A stretch of 64,000 bases of DNA from an uncultured virus (IMG/VR IMGVR_UViG_3300046692_000582) (IMGVR_UViG_3300046692_000582); one strand, 5' to 3'. Positions 28,242 through 38,483 are shown, numbered from the stretch's first letter. Notes: generated by a model from the letters alone, not told the origin. Program-made: numbers and translations.

Positions 28242-31200
28242 TTAGTGCCCGCCAATGTGGTCGCGGTACGTTCCAACAGCAGTTTGGTAACCGGTAGTCG
28301 CGATGGTTTGCGTCTCAGTAACAGCGCCACCATTGTTTATGACTTGGCCTGTGGTTGTTTCATACAAGCGATCTTGACGCGATCTGGCTTGGTTTATATA
28401 GCAGCTAGCGCTTTGAGTAAACGAGACACCCTGGTCTATCGAACTAGCATTTGGTGACCAAGTACCGCAACTGTAGTAGCCAGAGGTGTTATACCAACCA
28501 CCATAAACCGGCGGATAGTAAGCCCAGGTTTGCTTAGTGCCATAAGCCGTTTGATAACCAGTCTGACCGCCAATTGTTTGTGTTTCAGTGACGACAGCGC
28601 CATTGTTAGCGATTGCGCCCGTGGTTGTTTCAACCAGACGGTCTTGCCTTGTTCTGCTTTGGTTTATGTAGCAGTTTGTGGCGGTCTGAGTGAAGGCCTG
28701 ATTGATGGTAACGGCGCTAGGAGCTGGCGACCAGTTGGTGCAGCTGTAGACGCCAGACGTATTGCCCCAAGCACTATAAACCGAAGTTGTGGCAACCCAA
28801 GTCTGTTTCGTGCCGGTAGCCGTTTGAGAACCAGTTTGACCGCCAATGGTTTGTGTTTCAGTGACAACCGCACCGTTGTTACGGATAGCGCCAGTGGTTG
28901 TTTCTACCTGACGATCTTGCCTTGTTCTGCTTTGATTCACAGAGCAGTCGGTGGCGGTCTGAGTGAAGCTCTGACCAATGGTCACAGTCGATGGGGCTGG
29001 CGACCAGTTTGTGCAGCTGTAGACGCCCGAGGTATTGCCCCATGCGCTGTAAACCGACGTTGTTGCGACCCACGTTTCTTTGGTGCCGGTGGCCGTTTGT
29101 GTGCTGGTTTGGCCAGTCAGGGTTTGGGTTTCAGCCGGTACGGTGACGGCAACGGTGCTGCCCGACTTGTGATCGACATAGGATTCTGCACGCGTGCGCG
29201 TTTGATCCTGTTTGCAGTCGGTCGCGGTCTGAGTGAAGTTCTGACCGATAGTCACAGTGGCTGGCGCTGGCGACCAGTTGGTGCAAGCGTATTTCGCCCC
29301 GCTGTTGGTCCACGAACCCAACGTCACGGTGTAGCTACGAGTGGCCGTTTGGCTGGTCAGCGTCTGGTTTTCGACAACCGGCGTGCCTTTATTACGATAG
29401 GCCAGCGTGGTGCTTTCCTGCTCGCGATCCTGACGATTGCGTGTCTGATCGGTTTCACAGTCGGCGGCGGTTTGGGTGAATGTACCGGTCACCGTTTTGC
29501 TGGAGCCCAGAGGTGTCCAGGCGACACAGCCGTACAACGCGTTGGTGTTGGTCCAGGCGGTGTAGGTCGGCGTAGCGGAGATCCAAGTCTCCTTGGTGCC
29601 GGTGGCGGTTTGTGTGCTGCTCTGACCGGTCAGGGTCTGCGTTTCAGCCGGTACAGTGACGGCAATGGTGCTGCCGGTCTTGTGATCGACATAGGATTCT
29701 GCACGCGTGCGCGTTTGATCCTGTTCGCAGTCGCTCGCGGTCTGGGTGAAGCTTTGGCCGATGGTCACAGTGGCAGGTGCTGGCGACCAGTTGGTGCAGC
29801 CGTATTTCGCCCCGCTGTTGGCCCATGAGCCTAAAGTAACGGTGTAGCTGCGAGTCGCCGTCTGGCTGGTCAGCGTTTGGTTTTCGACAACCGGCGTACC
29901 TTTGTTGCGATAGGCCAGCGTGGTGCTTTCCTGCTCGCGATCCTGACGATTGCGCGTTTGATCGGTTTCACAGTCAGCGGCGGTTTGGGTGAAGGTGCCG
30001 GTGATGGTTTTAGTTGACGATGCAGGTGTCCAGGCGACACAGCCGTACAACGCGTTGGAGTTGACCCAAGCAGTGTAGGTTGGCGTGGCGGCAACCCAAG
30101 TTTCCTTGGTGCCGGTGGCGGTTTGCGTGCTGCTCTGGCCGGTGAGGGTCTGCGTTTCAGCCGGTACAGTGACGGCAACGGTGCTGCCGGTCTTGTGATC
30201 GACATAGGATTCTGCACGTGTGCGGGTTTGGTCCTGTTCACAGTCGGTCGCGGTCTGGGTGAAGCTTTGACCAATGGTCACAGTCGAAGGGGCTGGCGAC
30301 CAGTTGGTGCAACCGTATTTCGCACCGCTGTTGGTCCAGGAGCCAAGGGTCACGGTGTAGCTGCGAGTCGCGGTCTGGCTGGTCAGCGTCTGAGTTTCTG
30401 CAACCGGAGTACCCTTGTTACGGTAAGCCAGCGTGGTGCTTTCCTGCTCACGATCCTGACGATTGCGCGTTTGATCGGTTTCACAGTCAGCGGCGGTTTG
30501 CGTGAAGGTGCCGGTCACCGTTTTGCTGGAGCCCGTAGGTGTCCAGGCCGCGCAGCCGTACAACGCGTTGGTGTTGGTCCAGGCGGTGTAAGTTGGCGTC
30601 GCGGCAACCCAGGTTTCTTTGGTTCCGGTTGCTGTGCGACTGCTGGAAGCGGTGATCGATTGCGATTGATTCACACTGCTGGCTTGTACTGTACTGCCAG
30701 TCTTGTGATCAACATAGCTCTCAGCACGTACGCGAGTTTGTGGTTGCAGACAGTCCGTGGCGTTTTGTGTGAAAGACTGGCCAATGGTTACAGTCGCTGG
30801 ATCAGGTGACCAATTGCTGCATGACGTAACTGCGCCATTGTTCGCCCAGGCAGAAATTCCCACTGTGTAACCGCGAGAGGCATGTTGCGCCGTTAAGGTT
30901 TGATTTTCGGTGACTGGCTCACCATTATTTCGAACTTCTTCGGTGTACTTTTCTTGCTCTCTATCTTGACGCAAGCGTTCTTGATCAGTTTTGCAGGTGC
31001 TGCTGTTTTGTGTGAAGTTGGTCGATACCGTGTAGATGGCCGGATCCGGACTCCACGATGTGCAGCCGTACAGGGCATTCGTATCAGACCAATTTGTGTA
31101 AGTCGGAGTAAATGTCATCCAGCTTTCAAGAATACCTATAGCATCACGCGTGTGGGTGGTGGCTATTGTTTGGGTTTCTTGGTACTCAGCACCTGGAATA

Positions 31201-31508
31201 TTTTCAATTTTCCCTGTACGAGCATCTTTTTGTTGGGGATGAGCGGTTCTAACTTGATCTTGACTACAGTCAGTCGCCGTCTGCGTGAATGCTATGCTTT
31301 TTCCAACTGTTGAAGGGGATGGCGACCAATTTTTGCAATTATAGTAGTCGTTTTTATCCTTCCAGGCGTCATAAACAACGCCTGCATCTCCCCACTGGTA
31401 AGGAACACTTTGTGAAAGGCTGTAGCGATATCTAAACTCCGATGCCTGGGTGCTGCCAATTGCTGCTAACAGCAATAACGGCAGCATGCTTTTGTGCAAT
31501 ATTTTCAT
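28242..31508 (-). CDS. secreted Thr/Trp/Cys-repeat protein (1088 aa), expanded paralog of 26571-28037
   Basis: Near-identical N-terminus; three 513-bp tandem units (boundaries ~29074, 29587, 30100, 30613). Confidence 0.9.
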   Translation of the reverse strand: MKILHKSMLPLLLLAAIGSTQASEFRYRYSLSQSVPYQWGDAGVVYDAWKDKNDYYNCKNWSPSPSTVGKSIAFTQTATDCSQDQVRTAHPQQKDARTGKIENIPGAEYQETQTIATTHTRDAIGILESWMTFTPTYTNWSDTNALYGCTSWSPDPAIYTVSTNFTQNSSTCKTDQERLRQDREQEKYTEEVRNNGEPVTENQTLTAQHASRGYTVGISAWANNGAVTSCSNWSPDPATVTIGQSFTQNATDCLQPQTRVRAESYVDHKTGSTVQASSVNQSQSITASSSRTATGTKETWVAATPTYTAWTNTNALYGCAAWTPTGSSKTVTGTFTQTAADCETDQTRNRQDREQESTTLAYRNKGTPVAETQTLTSQTATRSYTVTLGSWTNSGAKYGCTNWSPAPSTVTIGQSFTQTATDCEQDQTRTRAESYVDHKTGSTVAVTVPAETQTLTGQSSTQTATGTKETWVAATPTYTAWVNSNALYGCVAWTPASSTKTITGTFTQTAADCETDQTRNRQDREQESTTLAYRNKGTPVVENQTLTSQTATRSYTVTLGSWANSGAKYGCTNWSPAPATVTIGQSFTQTASDCEQDQTRTRAESYVDHKTGSTIAVTVPAETQTLTGQSSTQTATGTKETWISATPTYTAWTNTNALYGCVAWTPLGSSKTVTGTFTQTAADCETDQTRNRQDREQESTTLAYRNKGTPVVENQTLTSQTATRSYTVTLGSWTNSGAKYACTNWSPAPATVTIGQNFTQTATDCKQDQTRTRAESYVDHKSGSTVAVTVPAETQTLTGQTSTQTATGTKETWVATTSVYSAWGNTSGVYSCTNWSPAPSTVTIGQSFTQTATDCSVNQSRTRQDRQVETTTGAIRNNGAVVTETQTIGGQTGSQTATGTKQTWVATTSVYSAWGNTSGVYSCTNWSPAPSAVTINQAFTQTATNCYINQSRTRQDRLVETTTGAIANNGAVVTETQTIGGQTGYQTAYGTKQTWAYYPPVYGGWYNTSGYYSCGTWSPNASSIDQGVSFTQSASCYINQARSRQDRLYETTTGQVINNGGAVTETQTIATTGYQTAVGTYRDHIGGH

Positions 31509-31659
31509 GATTAACTGAGTATCCGATTATTATTATCGTTTTAATCAATTTATCATTTATTTTAAAGATAATTACATCTACAGGAGCATTTAGATGTCGG
31601 TAGATGTAAAAATTTTGTAAACCGAACTGCGATTGGCAGAATATCTGAATTTGCTTAAA

Positions 31660-32472
31660 TTATGCCTTGGGGACGTACGCATCCAGGCAATCGCGCTGCA
31701 ATTGAAATGGCACTCTTTCCAATGCCCATTTCAACCAACTATAGCCTTGGTTTTCCACGCGACTCTCCATGAGATGTTCAGCCTCGGCTTGCTCCATTGA
31801 GAGGGGTATGTCCGGACGAATGCCCTGCCCGCTGATTACGCTGAACATGGTGAAATCCACTTCGCCGTCCTCGACCGCCAGCTCGACTTCAGCAGGCGTC
31901 AATCCAGCCCCGTGTCTGATGAACTCTACGGCATGCGCCAATTCGTGGGTGATTGTATTCAGCGGCGCCAACAGATAGTTCAGGTCATATTGATCCTGAT
32001 CAGGAAACATCTGCTGATTTCTCTGAAAGCGAAAATATTCTTTAAGATATCGCTCGTCGCAGCCAACGATTACCCTGAACTTATCCGTAAACCACAGGGT
32101 TGTGTCGAAAAGGCCCGACGAGGTGGCAAACCAACCCAGTGGCGCCTCTTGGTTCTTTGCTCGTGTAATATCCAGCATCAGCGGAATGTCTGCGTGATAT
32201 TTGCAGAACACCACTTCAATGACCTTGACGCCTTCGGCCTCAGGAAGGTCCAGCGGTTCGTACAGTTGCCTCTCTCCTATCACCTGGGCATCCTGAAAGT
32301 CTGGATGATGTACCAGTTGCTCCAGGATCGCCTTTTGCAATTTGAACAGCGGTGATTTTTCATTGGCGGGCTTGAAATCCTCACAGGCTTCAAATTGCTT
32401 GAGGGATTTGATTTCAAATTGAATGCGCATGAGGAGATGGCTCATTGAGGCAATGAAAGGTGTTGGCGGCAT
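31660..32472 (-). CDS. HExxH putative zinc metallopeptidase-like protein
   Basis: TITHELAHAVE motif with downstream Glu candidates. Confidence 0.6.
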   Translation of the reverse strand: MPPTPFIASMSHLLMRIQFEIKSLKQFEACEDFKPANEKSPLFKLQKAILEQLVHHPDFQDAQVIGERQLYEPLDLPEAEGVKVIEVVFCKYHADIPLMLDITRAKNQEAPLGWFATSSGLFDTTLWFTDKFRVIVGCDERYLKEYFRFQRNQQMFPDQDQYDLNYLLAPLNTITHELAHAVEFIRHGAGLTPAEVELAVEDGEVDFTMFSVISGQGIRPDIPLSMEQAEAEHLMESRVENQGYSWLKWALERVPFQLQRDCLDAYVPKA

Positions 32473-32504
32473 GACGATGCCGCCGAAGCGATATCAGCTT
32501 TGGT

Positions 32505-32732
32505 CTACGCAGGATTGGCTTGTGCCTTGATCCGACGCTCCATTTCCTTGCGCAATGACTCTACCGTGTGATGGGAGTAGTCAGGGTATTCAAAATGAGG
32601 AAGGCAATTGAGCGCCGACGCCAATTGCTCTTGGTCGTCATACAGCTTTCCAATGTTTTCTTTGTTTCGAAAGCTGCCCAGCACTTCGATGACGGTTTCT
32701 TCAGGTGAGGTGGTGGTCTTGGCATTTGTCAT
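32505..32732 (-). CDS. small hypothetical protein
   Basis: GGAG RBS; promoter TTGACA-17-TATAAT 32781-32809. Confidence 0.7.
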   Translation of the reverse strand: MTNAKTTTSPEETVIEVLGSFRNKENIGKLYDDQEQLASALNCLPHFEYPDYSHHTVESLRKEMERRIKAQANPA

Positions 32733-32875
32733 GATTGTCTACGCTCCGATGAAAGCACTAGAACTTTGCTCTGATGGCTTATTATACAAATATAATAAGA
32801 TACTGTCAATATCATTGTCCATCGCGCACGAAAAAACCCACCAAATAAATGGCAGGTTTCTTTGTGTTGAATGCG

Positions 32876-33274
32876 CTAGCGCTTTTCGACTGGGCCGTGG
32901 TTGTAATCTGTCGCGATCTTGATTAGTTCAGCAAAATCACGGCCAAACCAAACCGTATTGTCGTCACCAAATTCATAAGGGGCGCTAGATCGCTGCATTG
33001 ACCAGCGCACTCCCTGATCATTTGTCCAGCACATGCATTTGATATCCCAACCGGCCAGGGCCATGGCTTCGACGGCGCTGTAGCCATTGGTCGCCAGGAC
33101 CACTGGGGTGAGCGCCGCTTGCAAGCGGCCCGCAACGTACTGCTTGGTTTCAGGAGGGCCGTCATCAAGCTGAAGAAGCGCCATTTCCAATACTTCTTGC
33201 TCAACGCAGATCAGTTGTTGGCACACGGCTTTGCGCGGAGCAAAGTCGAATTCTTGTAGCTTGTCCTTGTTCAT
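32876..33274 (-). CDS. hypothetical protein
   Basis: TGATG coupling with the upstream gene. Confidence 0.7.
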   Translation of the reverse strand: MNKDKLQEFDFAPRKAVCQQLICVEQEVLEMALLQLDDGPPETKQYVAGRLQAALTPVVLATNGYSAVEAMALAGWDIKCMCWTNDQGVRWSMQRSSAPYEFGDDNTVWFGRDFAELIKIATDYNHGPVEKR

Positions 33275-34110
33275 CAGGCAACTTGCTCGGGAGGAGAGCA
33301 TTCTTCTAGCAGATTCTTGATCGTCTGGATGGCCTCAGAACTCTCCAGTCCCAGTGCGTATCCGAACAAATCAGGGTGTTTGCTTTGAAGGGAGTGGTTG
33401 TTGAAGCCTTCTTGAAAGACCTGTTCGATGAAGCCAATGCAGGTGGCTTCCCAGCTGTGCTGAGTCAATTCACCCTGCATTTCCTCAATCAACTCAAGGG
33501 TTGGCAGAATGGTTTGATCGACGTCCAGCCCGGCGATGGTTTGCTTGCTGTTGGTGATGCAGGACGCTCGCAGTCGAGTAATTCGCGCCGCAGCTGACTG
33601 GCCCCAACCCATCTCAAACGAGAATTTTTCAGTGCCTTGCTGCACTTTAACCGAGGTGTTGTAGCCTTCATCGTATGCCTGTGAGGCCAGCGCCAGCAGG
33701 TTATGAAGTCCGCCAATGCTCTTGAGTTGTTCCAGGAAGGTAATGGCCTTCTGGCCGTTCTTCACGGTTTCGTCGGCAGGACCCTTCGGTGCCGCTTGTT
33801 CCGCAATCGCCTTGTCTGCAAACTTCTCAAAGAGCAGGATGTTTTCAGGGGGCGTGCTTGCTTCATGCTTGGTCCACAGCTCCAGCCCGAGGTGACCATA
33901 ATGACCATAAGGCTTGTTATACGGGTCGGTGTCAGAGGCCAGACCGGCAGATCCGAGAACGCGAATACGTCCGCAGGCCATGACGGCATCCCAGCGTGCC
34001 GCAGACACGCTTTTTTGCAGCAGTTCGGCCTTCAATTGCTCGATTTGAGCGTGAAGCCCGTCAATCTGCTGGTTAAGTGCGGTTACGGTGTTTTGAGAAG
34101 CTTTGGTCAT
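33274..34110 (-). CDS. hypothetical protein with N-terminal coiled coil
   Basis: 278-aa ORF, GAGGA RBS, operator at 34159-34175. Confidence 0.8.
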   Translation of the reverse strand: MTKASQNTVTALNQQIDGLHAQIEQLKAELLQKSVSAARWDAVMACGRIRVLGSAGLASDTDPYNKPYGHYGHLGLELWTKHEASTPPENILLFEKFADKAIAEQAAPKGPADETVKNGQKAITFLEQLKSIGGLHNLLALASQAYDEGYNTSVKVQQGTEKFSFEMGWGQSAAARITRLRASCITNSKQTIAGLDVDQTILPTLELIEEMQGELTQHSWEATCIGFIEQVFQEGFNNHSLQSKHPDLFGYALGLESSEAIQTIKNLLEECSPPEQVA

Positions 34111-34375
34111 GGGTTATCCTCTTTAATATATTGCAATAATATATGGGCAAGCAAAGGATGTCAATTACACTGACGAAAAATACAAAACTCATCTGATCCG
34201 GTTTTTGTTTAATGCAAAAATATGGAGCTTCCGGGCAGGCAGCAATATGCCCCTGTCATTGCTGTGATGGCCGGGGCGCGAGAGTGAATTATGCGTAATA
34301 AGGATTGCCCAATGCGATCCAGAGTGCTTCGAATTCAGCCCATATCAATACAAATGACGCTCTTGAGGATGGATA

Positions 34376-35018
34376 TTATCGAGAGGGAGAGGTGGAGAAG
34401 ACAAGGAAGGCCCCGCTGGATACTTCCGCCAGATCCTCGGCCCACAAGGTAAATTCGAAGGCCTCATTCTGGCGGTTTCCTGGATCATCAGCCTTCATAT
34501 AGGTGACAAACCTTGCGCTAGGTCGATCAGCTTGCAATCGAATGCGCGCCAAATTCATCACCCCCTGATGCTGGATCAAGCACAGCCCGCCCTCCTCCAT
34601 GCCCTGTAGGGTATGGATTGGCTGACCCAGGACCCACCCGGCTGGCGCCTCAAGCACAGCGCAATACCGGCACTTCAACTTCGCGGTGGACTCGGTAAAA
34701 GGCGACCTTGTTGTCATTCTCAAAGTGAGATTGCCACACGGCCCATTCTTTGGTGTTGCCCAGCAATGCCTCGGGCGCGTGTGAGGGGCGCACATAGGCG
34801 ATCAACGCCATGATGCCAACGCCATCTTCAGGGATGCGCACCTTGACCATGTTCAGCAAGGACAGGTCTTTCTTGTCTTCAAGGTAATACTCGCCAGCCT
34901 TGAGTTCAGCCAGCGAATTAACTCGCTCGCCCATTATCCAACCGCTGTAATTCATTGTGCCCCATTGGCGCCAAGTAACAACCGGTTCGCCCACATTGGG
35001 CATGCTTTTGTTTTTCAT
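34376..35018 (-). pseudogene. GWxLGE-family gene, probably two domains split by a frameshift near 34650-34670; 5' end hit by the IscB element
   Basis: Domain 1 (34650-35018) YSGWIMGERV; domain 2 GWVLGQPI in another frame without its own start; intact two-domain paralog at 59857-60585. Confidence 0.55.
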
Positions 35019-35067
35019 CCGTTTTGCGCGAGAAACCCTGGCTTTTAGGCTTGGGAGGGATAGTTCG

Positions 35068-36408
35068 TCACGCAACGCGTGACCTGCTTCTCGCATCCTC
35101 TTTATAATGGCTATCCTTGGATTGTTGGTGATAGCCGTAGCCATCTGCGTTTTGGATCAATGTACAGTTTTTTTGGCTGATGCCCTGGACGACACATGTC
35201 AACATTTGAATATTAAAGAACCCAGTGGCCCGGACGGCAACCCGCCCTTGATATTGCCCAATTTTCTTGCCCTTGGTGACAGTAGCTTTAACCATATCGC
35301 CGGTCTGAAAACCGAAGTGTTTCTTTTGACGGGTTAGATACCCTCGCGCAAAGCCAGTGGCGCTGACTCGGGTGCGTTGATAATCACCTCGGCCCATGCA
35401 TTTTACGATCAGTGTTGGTTTTTTCCAGCCATGGACACTGGCCACTTCGCCCACACAGACCGCATCCAGCGCATGAGTTTTGGGTAGGCCCAAGGTTCTT
35501 CGATTGAATTTGGTCTGGCCTCCGGTCCCCGCTTCGACGAGCAATCCCGTGTGCAACAAGGCATGAAACAGCGCATTGCGTGTGGCATTGACCGCCGCTG
35601 CATCGCGCAAAGGAAGTTTGGCCTTTGCCTGAATCGCTTTGATCAGTTCCGGCTTGTTCTTCAAAAAAACCGCAATCAACAGCTTGCCCTTGCGTTGGTT
35701 GCACGGCTGACACGACAGGCCCAGATTGGCGACCCGGCCACTGCCGCCGTTCGCTTTAGCAAGGATGTGCTCGATTTGAAGTGGCGTGTTTTCTGCGGTG
35801 CAGTACATGCATTTACGCCCCCATTTCTCCAGCAGATACTCGCGTACCTCGAAGCCGTAAAGCTCACCCTGCTGGTACTCAATGCCAGACAGTTCAGGAT
35901 TCTGCATGAGTTGCATGTCGAATTTGACGCGCTCGACGGCCAGATCGGTAACCGGCGCCCAACGGCGCAAACGCCTCACCCAACTCAGGGTTGTGTCTAC
36001 ACGGTGCTGCAAGCTGGGCGCCAGCCAGCCTGCCTTTCGCGTGCGGTTGTTGAATCGTGGGCTGCGGTAGCGCAGATTCTGACTACGGCGTCGTCTACGA
36101 TACCCAGCCCTCTGAAGAAGGGCCTTTTGAATCATGGCTCCACGATGCACCAGCTCAATCAGCGACAACACCGAAACGCGCTTTTTCCTCAGGCGAACAA
36201 CGGCCATGCCCGTGAATTTACTGCCAGGATCGATCTTGATAGCGAGGCATTGAAACCTCGATACCGCTCGTAGACGGTCGGTGAGGCGAATGACAAGGGG
36301 CATTTGCCGATGAATACGGGCACGCCCGCGCTCCAGCAGCAAGCGCGCTCGTTTTTCGCTACACGGCATCAGTGGATGCCCTTGTTTGTCCAGCACATAA
36401 ACCGCCAT
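35068..36408 (-). CDS. iscB: RNA-guided endonuclease IscB
   Basis: PLMP N-terminus, RuvC-I IDPGSK, Arg-rich bridge helix, RuvC-II VERVKFD, HNH CMYC..IEHI..N...SCQPCN, RuvC-III HALDA. Confidence 0.95.
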   Translation of the reverse strand: MAVYVLDKQGHPLMPCSEKRARLLLERGRARIHRQMPLVIRLTDRLRAVSRFQCLAIKIDPGSKFTGMAVVRLRKKRVSVLSLIELVHRGAMIQKALLQRAGYRRRRRSQNLRYRSPRFNNRTRKAGWLAPSLQHRVDTTLSWVRRLRRWAPVTDLAVERVKFDMQLMQNPELSGIEYQQGELYGFEVREYLLEKWGRKCMYCTAENTPLQIEHILAKANGGSGRVANLGLSCQPCNQRKGKLLIAVFLKNKPELIKAIQAKAKLPLRDAAAVNATRNALFHALLHTGLLVEAGTGGQTKFNRRTLGLPKTHALDAVCVGEVASVHGWKKPTLIVKCMGRGDYQRTRVSATGFARGYLTRQKKHFGFQTGDMVKATVTKGKKIGQYQGRVAVRATGFFNIQMLTCVVQGISQKNCTLIQNADGYGYHQQSKDSHYKEDARSRSRVA

Positions 36409-36692
36409 GCGATTACCTGTAAATATGCCCTTACGGGCCTTGTGACGGAGGCTTTTACGCCTCGCTCCCCTCGGGGAGTCTGCAACCGGCTCCCGCTTGC
36501 GCGGCATTCAGAACCTTCGGCGCTTTACCTTTCGCCAGCATGATTTTAAATTTCCAGTGTTCGGAACTGAGGAAGCATTCCGAAGTGGGTCTTGACGACC
36601 TGTTGCAAACAGCTGCTGCAAAACAGCCCCCTGGTCAATCGGACCTACTGATTACTCAGCAAGCCCCGTCCTTTTAGGTCGGGGTAATTGAC
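36409..36692 (-). ncRNA. omegaRNA (HEARO-type) scaffold of IscB
   Basis: Structured region directly upstream of iscB with GATTGACCAG and TTCGGAATGCTTCCTCAGTTCCGAA blocks. Confidence 0.85.
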
Positions 36693-36745
36693 GCTGTGTT
36701 TTTCCATGCTTGTGCTGTTTTTGCTTGATCGGTCCCAATGGATGA

Positions 36746-37336
36746 TCAGCGTTTCTTGGTATTATCCAGGCTGTCGTAGCCTGCAATGAAGTCGCAATAT
36801 TGTTTGCAACCGGGCAACAGGTTTTTGAGGGCTGATTCCTCAAGCTTGATCCCGCTCTCTTTGGCATCCTTTCCCGCTTTGAATGCAATGGAGTGCTTGG
36901 GCTTGATCGGTTCATCCTTCAGTGAGGCTTGTTCCATCTGCGCCTTGGCCTGCTCTACGCATTCCTCGTAGGAGCCGCAGGCGGCAAGGTCCCAGCATTC
37001 CCATTCAGTGTCCGGCTTGTCGGTGGCGATGCGAATGACGTACGTCCAATCGCCATCCTCGTTTTTGAAGACGCTCAACTCGCGGTCGCCGACCAGCTTC
37101 TTGAAAGGCTTGTGCCCCTTCTTTTCCAGCTTGGTGCCGGGAAAGCGTCCAGATTCAATGCCGCCGAGGATGTCGTACCGATATTGATCTTTCTCCAGCA
37201 CTACATCAGAGTCCACTTGGCGCAATTCCCACATACGATTCGTCGGGCTGCGAATGATCGTGTAGGCCTCTACATTATCACGCAGAACCACGATTTCGGT
37301 GTCCGATTTTTCGACACTGCTCCAAGGCGCTTTCAT
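36746..37336 (-). CDS. hypothetical modular protein containing a 7494-7691-type domain
   Basis: AGGA RBS; promoter TTGACA-17-TACAAT 37389-37417. Confidence 0.8.
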   Translation of the reverse strand: MKAPWSSVEKSDTEIVVLRDNVEAYTIIRSPTNRMWELRQVDSDVVLEKDQYRYDILGGIESGRFPGTKLEKKGHKPFKKLVGDRELSVFKNEDGDWTYVIRIATDKPDTEWECWDLAACGSYEECVEQAKAQMEQASLKDEPIKPKHSIAFKAGKDAKESGIKLEESALKNLLPGCKQYCDFIAGYDSLDNTKKR

Positions 37337-37430
37337 GACAGAGATCCTGTTTTGAATTCAGATACATTGAGTTTTGTTTAATGTGGATATTGTACTCACA
37401 CCTCAACAAAGTGTCAATGCTGCAAACCAG

Positions 37431-37649
37431 TCAGGCGATATAATTATCGCGAATAACGTTTGTCAGCATGGCAGCGATCATGACGACACAAATGACCAGC
37501 TCTCGCCATGGAAAAGGCATCGTTTTGCCTTTCCGCTTGTCCAGGCACCAAAGAATCACCACCATTCCGGATAGGAAGATGAAAAGAGCCCCTGCGGCGT
37601 AATCGCTGGAGGCCATTATTGATCCTTGAGGGTGTAACTGTAGATCCAT
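37431..37649 (-). CDS. small two-TM membrane protein
   Basis: Two hydrophobic segments; true start probably MASSDY. Confidence 0.6.
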   Translation of the reverse strand: MDLQLHPQGSIMASSDYAAGALFIFLSGMVVILWCLDKRKGKTMPFPWRELVICVVMIAAMLTNVIRDNYIA

Positions 37650-38110
37650 TTGGGGAAGCCCATGCTGGCGTCACCAGCCGGAAGTCCCTGGGCCGTGCGT
37701 GTCAGTCGTCCGATGCGAAACATCGTGCCCAGATCGCGTCTCAGTTGCTCACAGCGTGGCGCTCCGATAAAGGGTGCGCTGAATTTAGCATCGTGCGCCT
37801 CGATGTAGGCTCTGATAAAGGCCGAATCAAGGATGTCCACGTTGTTTTGATCGCGGGACTCACGCATCCAGCTTTCGATCCAGGCGAAGCGTGCTTCTTG
37901 CTCTGGCTTGATGGGACGATGAGCATGAAAGGCCTTCTTGCCTGCCACTCCACCTTTGAGCTGAGTCATCCGGCGAAGGGTTGAATCCAATGACTTACCC
38001 GGAGCGCAGGTCCAGTGGGCTTTTTTCAGGCCGTTGAACGCCTGTCCAGGCACCATTGGAAATTCGCAGATTGAGCACAGTGGATATTTGACTTCACTGG
38101 TGTCGCCCAT
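37616..38110 (-). CDS. hypothetical protein with N-terminal CxxC..HxxC motif
   Basis: Directly downstream of a consensus promoter. Confidence 0.75.
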   Translation of the reverse strand: MGDTSEVKYPLCSICEFPMVPGQAFNGLKKAHWTCAPGKSLDSTLRRMTQLKGGVAGKKAFHAHRPIKPEQEARFAWIESWMRESRDQNNVDILDSAFIRAYIEAHDAKFSAPFIGAPRCEQLRRDLGTMFRIGRLTRTAQGLPAGDASMGFPKWIYSYTLKDQ

Positions 38111-38160
38111 AAAAATACCCTTTGTCAGTGAGGTGATTCGCTTGAATCACTAATGGGCAA

Positions 38161-38208
38161 ATTATAGCGAGCACGTAAAATAGTGTCAATATCAATGACA
38201 CTATTTTA
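38161..38208 (-). promoter_or_regulatory. consensus promoter with extended palindromic operator
   Basis: TTGACA-17-TATAAT; TAAAATAGTGTCA-atatcaa-TGACACTATTTTA. Confidence 0.85.
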
Positions 38209-38255
38209 TGGGAGATAAGCGAGCCCTTTGGGTCCGCTTCGGTGGTGTGGAGTCC

Positions 38256-38483
38256 TTACAGCGGCAACTTGTCGTTGTAGGCTTTCTGAGCCTCGATGAA
38301 GTCCATGCCTTCGTACAGGGTGTCGTAGCCACAAGTCACTTTGAAGGCGCCGCCCATCGAGCGCATGAAGATCAAACGTGCCATCACGCCTGGGCGACGC
38401 GTGGCAACCGACGTTTGTTTAAAGGTCACGAAGTGGGTGCCAAGCCATTCATTCATGCCTTCCATGGTAATTTTGTCTGTCAT
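38256..38483 (-). CDS. small hypothetical protein
   Basis: Adjacent to the upstream stop. Confidence 0.65.
   Translation of the reverse strand: MTDKITMEGMNEWLGTHFVTFKQTSVATRRPGVMARLIFMRSMGGAFKVTCGYDTLYEGMDFIEAQKAYNDKLPL

Larger units (their letters stand above)
35019..36692 (-). mobile_element. IS200/IS605-superfamily non-autonomous IscB (OMEGA) element
   Basis: Begins GTCAATTACCCCGACCTAAAAGGACGGGGCTTG; ends with hairpin TATCCCTCCCAAGCCTAAAAGCCAGGGTTTCTCGCG followed by ATGA; no tnpA. Confidence 0.85.

Noticed and set aside
28530..31313. Long + strand ORFs (432, 228 and 137 aa)
   Set aside because: Antisense shadows of the repetitive 1088-aa gene
35019..35144. N-terminal extension of ORF 34650-35144
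   Set aside because: Overlaps the iscB 3' end and the element end; the host gene resumes at ATG 35018
36409..36507. N-terminal extension of IscB in the ORF track
   Set aside because: Lies inside the omegaRNA; IscB proteins start just before the V.V.D...PLMP motif (ATG 36408)
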